Assembly (NCBI GenBank): GCA_050290185.1
Contig: JBNKHE010000001.1
Span: 674,713 to 738,712 of the forward strand
Reading direction: 5' to 3'
DNA: 64,000 bases
From: Pontiella sp.
GTDB lineage: Bacteria; Verrucomicrobiota; Kiritimatiellia; Kiritimatiellales; Pontiellaceae
Part shown: positions 57,309 to 64,000 of the stretch, in pieces
Layout of the letters: every line of letters begins with the position of its first letter
Numbering within the stretch: position 1 is the first letter of the stretch
Program-made: the position numbers and the translations under genes
Notes under the pieces: model-generated
Told to the model about the DNA's origin: nothing
Seen by the model: only the letters and a program-made list of their open reading frames with translations
Database searches by the model: none

Positions 57309-57322
57309 TGCGGTTGGAACGG

Positions 57323-58252
57323 CTAAATCCGGTTCGGGCGCTCACTCGTCGCTTTTTTCCCGGTGGCAAGCAGCTTAAAGAAGCAACCGGCATATTCACA
57401 ATAGCCGCTGCGGTAGGCCTTCATAGAGATCCTTCGTAACGGACGCAGGCTTTGCCAGCAGAACTCCTTAAGCAAAGACCCCATCAATTGAGCCTTCTGC
57501 AGGAACGGAAGCTTCTTATGATGGAAAACCCGGAACTTGGTATACAATCCCTGCGTGGGATAGAAAAAGGGCTTCTCCATCATTTCCTCAGTCAGGCTCC
57601 CTGACCAGACACCGACAAAGCAGAGCGGCTTATCCACATGGACTACATTGCGATGCAGACAGCTTTCGATAAAGAAATCCCAATCTGCCGTGATTGTTCT
57701 TCGGTCGTATCGCCCCAGAGATTCAAAAAGCGAGCGGGTAAATAGGGTGGCGGAAGGTATGGAACAGGGCGCATACGGAAGCCGCCAGATTTCTTTGCTG
57801 TAGCCAGTTGTTCTTCTCCCGCTCTCAGGCGGATGTTTCAGCATCTCTCGCATTCCTTCAGGCTCGGTGCCAAACTCGAACTTCTGCACCCCAACGACCA
57901 CCAGCGTTTCGTCATCTATAAAAGGAACGGTCTGCGTTAAAAAGTCCGGATGCATTAAATCGTCGTCACACAGGGGCTTGATGATCTCGTGGGAACACAG
58001 CTCAACACATCGGTTCATATTGCCGGCAAACCCGGTATTTTCCTCCGCCCGGAACACCTTGAGTCGGGGGTCCTTGATGGATGCCAGAGCATCGGCAGCC
58101 CGGACCGGACCGGGGTTTTCAGATACCACCACCTCAAAATCAGAATAGCGCTGAGCCAATACAGACTCACATGTCTTGCGCAGTACCTCTCCCCGTTCTT
58201 CCGACGACAGGTAGGTCACAATGAATATGGATACAGGCGGATATTCTTTCAC
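57323..58252 (-). CDS. GT2 glycosyltransferase
   Basis: VSIFIVTY, SVLAQ, N.GFAGNMN, CDDD; GTG start. Confidence 0.85.
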   Translation of the reverse strand: MKEYPPVSIFIVTYLSSEERGEVLRKTCESVLAQRYSDFEVVVSENPGPVRAADALASIKDPRLKVFRAEENTGFAGNMNRCVELCSHEIIKPLCDDDLMHPDFLTQTVPFIDDETLVVVGVQKFEFGTEPEGMREMLKHPPESGRRTTGYSKEIWRLPYAPCSIPSATLFTRSLFESLGRYDRRTITADWDFFIESCLHRNVVHVDKPLCFVGVWSGSLTEEMMEKPFFYPTQGLYTKFRVFHHKKLPFLQKAQLMGSLLKEFCWQSLRPLRRISMKAYRSGYCEYAGCFFKLLATGKKATSERPNRI

Positions 58253-58264
58253 GGTATTTTCTCC

Positions 58265-59455
58265 TTACATCTTGGCGACTTCTTCAACCACCTGAATCAA
58301 GCGTTGTTTCCATTGCTCCATCGTAAAATTCCCGGCCTGCTGAAGAGCCCCTTCGGCCAGACGGTTGCGGAGTGCGCGGTCGTTCACAATGCGACCCAAT
58401 GTGTCGGCCAGTGCGGCGGCGTCGCCAGCGGGCACGGTCATGCCGCATCCATCCTCAAAGTCCACGCCGCTCTCCCGGGTTGCCACGACCGGACACCCGC
58501 AGGCCATCGCCTCCAGCAGCACGCCGGCCTGACCTTCCGAAAGCGATGGAAGAACAAAAACATCGGCTTCTTCGTATTCACGATGCATCTGATCCATCGG
58601 AAGGCGGCCAAGACAATTAAGTTCCTCCCGATGCTCCATCCATAGAATCGAAGACGGATCAACTCCGGCTACACGGACTTCAATATCGCTTCCGGATGCC
58701 CGCAGGAGATGAGCCGCTTCAGCCAAGTAATGCAACCCTTTTCTCAACGCTTCCCGGCCGGCAAAAAGAATGCGTCCCGGCCGCGTATGAGTGTTGATGG
58801 AATCCCGGCTCTCCAGACTGCTACCATAAGGAACGATACGGAGCTTATCTGCATATTCCGGATTGAATGAACGCACCCCCTCCGCAACCCATTCGGAGGG
58901 ACATAGTAAAATGTCGGCCAACTTCAACGTTCGCTCTGTATGCCGATCTTCGGCGGCAATCTTCCCGGCCACGGAGCCCGGGGAATCCAGGTAGCGGGAT
59001 TCCTCTTCCGCAAAAATACGGTTCGTTGATGGATGAACGAATACATCCACAATAATTCGAGCTCCCTGCTCCTTGGCCCACTCCAGAAATCCGGCATCTT
59101 CGCCGTACATGCTGTATATGACCTGCGCACCTTGCAGCCCCCAGTGCCGATATACCCCCGAGAGATCATTCGAACATCCCGGTAAACGGGGGGCCAGCGC
59201 CCGATCAGAACTAAAAATCTTTTTACCCGGAATCCCCCCAGGTACACGCGAAGCAAGTGCAACCAGTCCCGCAGACCGTACCCCTGCGGCCACAACCAGG
59301 CTAGCCAGTCGACCCGCCGCACTATAGGCGGAAGAATCGGTGTACAACGCAGCTAACAAGCCTGATTCCTCCAGCAACCGAGGCACGGCATACCGCCTTC
59401 GAGCACCTCGCTGACAGGCAAGGACAAGGGCATTTCCCGCCGGATTACGCGACAT
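58265..59455 (-). CDS. GT4 glycosyltransferase
   Basis: LCPS, RKGLHYL, DVFVLPSLSEGQAGVLLEAMACG; start at ATG 59455. Confidence 0.9.
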   Translation of the reverse strand: MSRNPAGNALVLACQRGARRRYAVPRLLEESGLLAALYTDSSAYSAAGRLASLVVAAGVRSAGLVALASRVPGGIPGKKIFSSDRALAPRLPGCSNDLSGVYRHWGLQGAQVIYSMYGEDAGFLEWAKEQGARIIVDVFVHPSTNRIFAEEESRYLDSPGSVAGKIAAEDRHTERTLKLADILLCPSEWVAEGVRSFNPEYADKLRIVPYGSSLESRDSINTHTRPGRILFAGREALRKGLHYLAEAAHLLRASGSDIEVRVAGVDPSSILWMEHREELNCLGRLPMDQMHREYEEADVFVLPSLSEGQAGVLLEAMACGCPVVATRESGVDFEDGCGMTVPAGDAAALADTLGRIVNDRALRNRLAEGALQQAGNFTMEQWKQRLIQVVEEVAKM

Positions 59456-60758
59456 GGGAAACCTCACTCCCTGAAAAAGCGCCCTTTTGCCGGGCAAAAT
59501 ACATCAAAGGATAGCCCAGAGCAAAAAAGTAAACCCACATCGAAACCAGTACGCGGTGGGTTTCATGCGAAACGGAATGCATGGCAGGGCTTAGCATATA
59601 TACATAGAGCAATTGGCCGAGGAAGTGCCCCTGCATTGCATGCCGATAAAGCACCCCCATCATCCAGCCTATCAGGATGAACTTGATAAAACCAAACCAC
59701 CCGAAAGAAGCAAAGGCATCCCGATAGCCCGTCGCGGTCGATCCCGTTCTATATACATGTCCATAGCGAGATTCAGCCACCCGTACAGGATCAGCTTCTA
59801 TACCAATCATCAGCCCCTCCTTTACGGAACGTCCGACAATCTGTGCGGGCACAAAATTGTATACGAACCGGTTCCAATGATTCAGGCCATAGTCGTAACA
59901 GTGGTCTTCTGCGGTGACCAAGCGATAGTACAGATAATTATCAAACTCCGCCCCACCTTCATCCATCACCTCCGAAGTCGACGAAGTATAGTCGGCCTGA
60001 GCCGCCTCGGACAGGCGCTGCCGGAAGGATTCATCTTTGTTTTTCATGATAGAGCGGTAGGTGCCTATGGCATTTACCAGCAGCAGACCGAACGATAAAC
60101 AGCCCAGAATCATCCAGCGGGGAATTGCGATGCGCCGAACAAACCACAGACTGATAACCGTATAAGCCAGCAGGCTCATCATCGCGGAGCGGCGACCGCT
60201 AAGAAAAGCGGCATCCAAGAGCAGCATCAGACTGGGTACGATGAACAACAACAGGCGCGGCACGATCCGTTTGCGCTGACTCAAATAGATCAACCATAAA
60301 GCAATGAACCCAAAAATAAAAATGTTGGACAAAAACAGATACTTTACTGCGGCGCCCGACCACTGGGACGATTCCAGCATTTCCTTCGGAAGGGTTCTCA
60401 ACTTGTACTGGAAGAAAAAACCGCAGGCACAAAGCGTTGCACCTGCCATGTACAGGCGGTTCACCTCGAACTGTGCATCCAGCCAGCTGGATCGAGAAGG
60501 ACTTCGCCCTACCCCCTGGGCATATCCTGCCCACACCCCCAGCGAACAGAGCGTCGCAAACAACAACGCATTCGCATACGCGTTGTCCGGATAATGCTCA
60601 ACCTGCCCCAATGCGCCGATGGCTTGCGGAAGGAACCAACCCAGCGTAAGCGCACCCAACCAGAAAGGAAACTCGTAGAAGCCGCTCCGATTGCGGAGGT
60701 AGTAGGCCACCATAGCCAGATTGGCACTGCCAAACAGAATAAGTGCTGTTAGATTCAT
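59445..60758 (-). CDS. Putative Wzy polysaccharide polymerase
   Basis: About 10-11 TM segments, GRRS motif and a large periplasmic loop, located among GTs. Confidence 0.7.
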   Translation of the reverse strand: MNLTALILFGSANLAMVAYYLRNRSGFYEFPFWLGALTLGWFLPQAIGALGQVEHYPDNAYANALLFATLCSLGVWAGYAQGVGRSPSRSSWLDAQFEVNRLYMAGATLCACGFFFQYKLRTLPKEMLESSQWSGAAVKYLFLSNIFIFGFIALWLIYLSQRKRIVPRLLLFIVPSLMLLLDAAFLSGRRSAMMSLLAYTVISLWFVRRIAIPRWMILGCLSFGLLLVNAIGTYRSIMKNKDESFRQRLSEAAQADYTSSTSEVMDEGGAEFDNYLYYRLVTAEDHCYDYGLNHWNRFVYNFVPAQIVGRSVKEGLMIGIEADPVRVAESRYGHVYRTGSTATGYRDAFASFGWFGFIKFILIGWMMGVLYRHAMQGHFLGQLLYVYMLSPAMHSVSHETHRVLVSMWVYFFALGYPLMYFARQKGAFSGSEVSHVA

Positions 60759-60772
60759 ACCGAAGATTTTGG

Positions 60773-61783
60773 CTACCTTATGGGATCATAATACAGCTCC
60801 CGCATACGTCTGATGCCGGGAATATGATAGCACATCCGAGCCAAGCCCCTTAATGAAGCAGACAGCATGTAGCAGTTATATTTTAGATTGTAGACCACTC
60901 GGGCGGTGTGCGGTTTGCGCTTCCACTCATCAAAGGCCGGTGCAATGTGGTTTTCGAGCACCTGGACCCAACGCAAAGCAATGGCATCGGTTGTAAACTC
61001 ACGGGCCCGCTCAGCCCCTGCGGCAACCAGTTCTCCATACGCTTTCGGGTTTTCCTTAAGCCTTAATATAGATAAAACCAGATCCTCGTGCGTATCTACG
61101 CGCAGGTAGTCCCGTCCAGGGTTGCCGACTTGTTCAAAGGCCGAATCCCAGCCAGCGATGAATGGTATGTTGGCATGCCAGGCATTAATCAGCTTGCTCG
61201 CCGGTTTGCGCTCATACCGCTTCTTTCCAAAATTCCGGATCCCCACCAAAATATCGATATGGTTCAAGTCCCGCCATTCATCCAATGCCAGGAATCGAAT
61301 GCCATGGGGATTCAAGTCGGCATTCAGCCGTCCAACATCCAAATCCGTAAACCCGATGCGGCCCTGATAGGCCACGGTTTCCACAACCTTTCTACTGGGA
61401 TCCCGCGGAATTTGGCCAATCTGCGGCCACAACGGCACGTGGAAACTGTTATCATCAACTTGGTTCTGATTCTGCACCAGATGAATCTGCGCCAACGGGA
61501 AACGAGGGTAATCAGCTTGAAGCGAGACTCCGAAAACACCGGCATTCCTGCCCATTTTGCGCCACAGGTTACCATGCGCAAGGTTGATGGCCTCCGGCAA
61601 GGGCTTCGTAGATAACGTCAGCTTTAACCCGCTCTGCATAAGCAGATAGTAACTCTGTAGCCCCCAGCAATATTCACCCTCGGCGTAGAGATCCGCATAC
61701 CGGTTAAGGTCACCCTTCCGCAAGGCATCAATCGGATGCTTACGGTCCTCTGGAACAATAAAGTTATAGGTGGGACTGCTCAT
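60773..61783 (-). CDS. Putative GT-B glycosyltransferase-like protein
   Basis: RKPASKLINAWHA motif reminiscent of GT-B C-terminal domains; start at ATG 61783 with GGAG RBS. Confidence 0.6.
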   Translation of the reverse strand: MSSPTYNFIVPEDRKHPIDALRKGDLNRYADLYAEGEYCWGLQSYYLLMQSGLKLTLSTKPLPEAINLAHGNLWRKMGRNAGVFGVSLQADYPRFPLAQIHLVQNQNQVDDNSFHVPLWPQIGQIPRDPSRKVVETVAYQGRIGFTDLDVGRLNADLNPHGIRFLALDEWRDLNHIDILVGIRNFGKKRYERKPASKLINAWHANIPFIAGWDSAFEQVGNPGRDYLRVDTHEDLVLSILRLKENPKAYGELVAAGAERAREFTTDAIALRWVQVLENHIAPAFDEWKRKPHTARVVYNLKYNCYMLSASLRGLARMCYHIPGIRRMRELYYDPIR

Positions 61784-61820
61784 TCGGCGGTACTCCAGAT
61801 TTCTCCTTAAGCGATCAATC

Positions 61821-62909
61821 TTAATTGCTTCCGACGGCTCGTGCCAGAATCCGCTCAAAATCCCCTGCGCATTCAGCTACACCATAGGTCTGCCCGGAAA
61901 GCACACGGTCAATCACCCGACCAGGTTTGGAGACAAGAAAGAACCGGTCTGCGGGCACCACGCGCTTCGACGCCCCGATTCGTTTGCAAAAGTCGCGGGT
62001 TTTGCTTCGGATGTTTAAAACGGAACGAAGACCGGAATAGCTGTAGTAGTCTGAAGATACGAAAGGAGTGCGGAAAAAAGCACTCAAAACAATGGGGTGG
62101 AAGCGCTCTCCCACGTAGCCCGCCGCATTGGCCAGCAAGGCAAGCCACTCCAACGGATCCAGAACCTCTTCCACGCAATAGTCAGCAATTGCTTGCGCAA
62201 AAGGGCGGTCGGGATGAGGAATGAAACAGGTTTTCAGTCCCCTGGCATGCGCTTCATTGGTCATGCGTTTCAGCCAAGATTCCGCCCGGCTCGATTCAGA
62301 AAAGGTCAACATGATGTATTTCCCGCGTTCCAGCCCCCCGGGCAAGCTAGCACTGGAAAAATCAACCAACTGGGGCAGACAGGAAGTTGGATCGAATACG
62401 AGGTCATAGCTGGAGACTCCAGCCCACATCATAAATTTTTCCGTCCAGTTATCCCGCACGGAAATATAGTCGAATGATGCCAGATCTTTGGCGATCTGCT
62501 GCCGCTGCGAACGGGAGCATTTGGGAAACATCACCCCCATGCAGCTTGCGGCAATAAGCGCCTTGCGCACCGGCAAATCATCCGCCCACCGCAGCCAGAA
62601 CGGATTGGGATAGGCTCCACGTCCCGCAGCAGTGTTGGGAAGAAACCAGAGTACGGCATCGCTGCCAACCAACACCGTATCGATTTCATGCCGCAACGTC
62701 GCCGAACGGAAGTCTTCGTCGACCAAACACTTCTCCGTCAGCCTGAAATGGCCTTCCGCAAAACGGCGGCAGGCATGTTCGGCATTCTCCTGATTGTCGT
62801 ATACAAACACCTCGTGCCCTTGTCGCTCAAGCGCCTTGGCGCTCGCATATAACTGCAGGCTGGCTCCATAGTTCAGGCAACTGTGGTACGTCAGAATTCC
62901 AATGCGCAT
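61821..62909 (-). CDS. Polysaccharide pyruvyl transferase family protein
   Basis: ILTYH..NYGASLQ, VGSD, ISVRD, DPT, RFH. Confidence 0.85.
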   Translation of the reverse strand: MRIGILTYHSCLNYGASLQLYASAKALERQGHEVFVYDNQENAEHACRRFAEGHFRLTEKCLVDEDFRSATLRHEIDTVLVGSDAVLWFLPNTAAGRGAYPNPFWLRWADDLPVRKALIAASCMGVMFPKCSRSQRQQIAKDLASFDYISVRDNWTEKFMMWAGVSSYDLVFDPTSCLPQLVDFSSASLPGGLERGKYIMLTFSESSRAESWLKRMTNEAHARGLKTCFIPHPDRPFAQAIADYCVEEVLDPLEWLALLANAAGYVGERFHPIVLSAFFRTPFVSSDYYSYSGLRSVLNIRSKTRDFCKRIGASKRVVPADRFFLVSKPGRVIDRVLSGQTYGVAECAGDFERILARAVGSN

Positions 62910-62938
62910 GATAGATCGTCCTGGGGAAAATGAGGTGA

Positions 62939-64000
62939 TTATGCAGATAGGTGAAGGGCCATTCTGATCCGAGCGGGGATCATATCGATCAGTACTCGTT
63001 TTTCATCCTTATGAAGCACCAGCCACCAGCCCAGAATAGACGCCATGATCACGACAAATATACCCTGAAGCACAATCCCGGGATATGTATCGAGACTCAA
63101 CCCGACCAATGCGGCAATCGGAAGGTTGGATATCAGATAGATAACCCCCGTAACCAATACACCACTCAGCGTGTACCCCAGCAGTTTAAACCACGATAAC
63201 TTCATGATATAGGATGCATAAACCGGTACGAACAATGTATTTTTCAGCGACAGCACAACGGCAGTCGCCACCGCAACACCAATAGCTCCCATCCCAAGCG
63301 TTACCCCGAGCCAATAGGAAGCCAGTACATTGACAACGCCCAGTGCAAAAGTGAGCATGGCCGGCAATTTAACCGAATTGCTTGCGGTGTTTAAGGTAAA
63401 CAACGGAAGCACCGATAAATTAACCGGGAGATGGATGCAGAGAATCAGCAACAGAAAGGAAAACTGCGAAAAATCGTCGCCCAGCCAAAGCCCGAGTATG
63501 TGATGCCCATTTGCACAGATATAGGCCACAGGAACCGCCATCGCGAACGCCAATACCTTGACCATGAAAACCAAGAGCCGGCGGAGCGATACCATATCCT
63601 CCTTCGCCCAATAGTTCATGATAGACGGAGCCAATTGGTTGCTGAACTGGTTACCCAACTGCCGCACAAAATTGGCGATCACCAAAATTGCGGCATATTG
63701 CCCGGCAGCGACCTCCGAAATAAATTTATTGATAATCCAAATATCACTCCGGAGATACAACAGAGAGCCCAAACGATTCAATAATGTCCATGACGACATG
63801 GCGAATACCGGTTTCAGCAACTTCCAGTCAATGGCCCGATATGAAAAGTTAAGCTCAGGCGTAATGATACGCCAAATTTTGATCGCCACGCCCAAAAAGA
63901 AGATCTGCAGACCTAGATCGACATACCCGATGAAGCGCAGTTGCGGTTCAAATACCAGAAACAGCGCCACAATCAGACAAAATCGGGCAATCAAACTCCC
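62939..64000 (-). CDS. Wzx-type flippase (MATE-like), 5' part outside the window
   Basis: Multi-TM; LYLRSDIWII, AAGQYA, LWLG, GAIGVAVAT; frame open to the window edge. Confidence 0.85.
   Translation of the reverse strand, partial: GSLIARFCLIVALFLVFEPQLRFIGYVDLGLQIFFLGVAIKIWRIITPELNFSYRAIDWKLLKPVFAMSSWTLLNRLGSLLYLRSDIWIINKFISEVAAGQYAAILVIANFVRQLGNQFSNQLAPSIMNYWAKEDMVSLRRLLVFMVKVLAFAMAVPVAYICANGHHILGLWLGDDFSQFSFLLLILCIHLPVNLSVLPLFTLNTASNSVKLPAMLTFALGVVNVLASYWLGVTLGMGAIGVAVATAVVLSLKNTLFVPVYASYIMKLSWFKLLGYTLSGVLVTGVIYLISNLPIAALVGLSLDTYPGIVLQGIFVVIMASILGWWLVLHKDEKRVLIDMIPARIRMALHLSA

Overview
Bacterial chromosomal window of roughly 55% GC. The style of the secreted proteins and repeats suggests a PVC-group organism such as a Kiritimatiellota/Pontiella relative (inference only). 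From left to right: trmO; an IclR-linked locus for unsaturated-uronate use (TRAP dctPQM, BNR-4 propeller lipoprotein, kduD-like, kduI, DUF4861-like); an accessory block with two exported thioredoxins and a tandemly duplicated two-gene cassette of secreted TPR-like proteins; housekeeping genes (fbaA, HPr, lplA, add, serC, pilD, aroE, leuA with an unannotated Leu-rich leader peptide and attenuator); two tRNA-Arg genes plus a relic half-tRNA; a Cas4/AddB-like nuclease coupled to an Sfp-type PPTase; and rex. The right half (32.5-64 kb) is one minus-strand Wzx/Wzy polysaccharide gene cluster that runs off the window. Its most unusual part is an embedded, translationally coupled module: a stand-alone T-TE, an A-T-TE with no C domain (proline-type A code, Cys-nucleophile thioesterases) and a LamG-VanZ membrane protein. 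These are followed by a doubled CDP-sugar/C-methyltransferase set. The module is a candidate undescribed thiotemplate system for aminoacylating a surface glycan. All assignments come from motif recognition by eye; no database searches were run.
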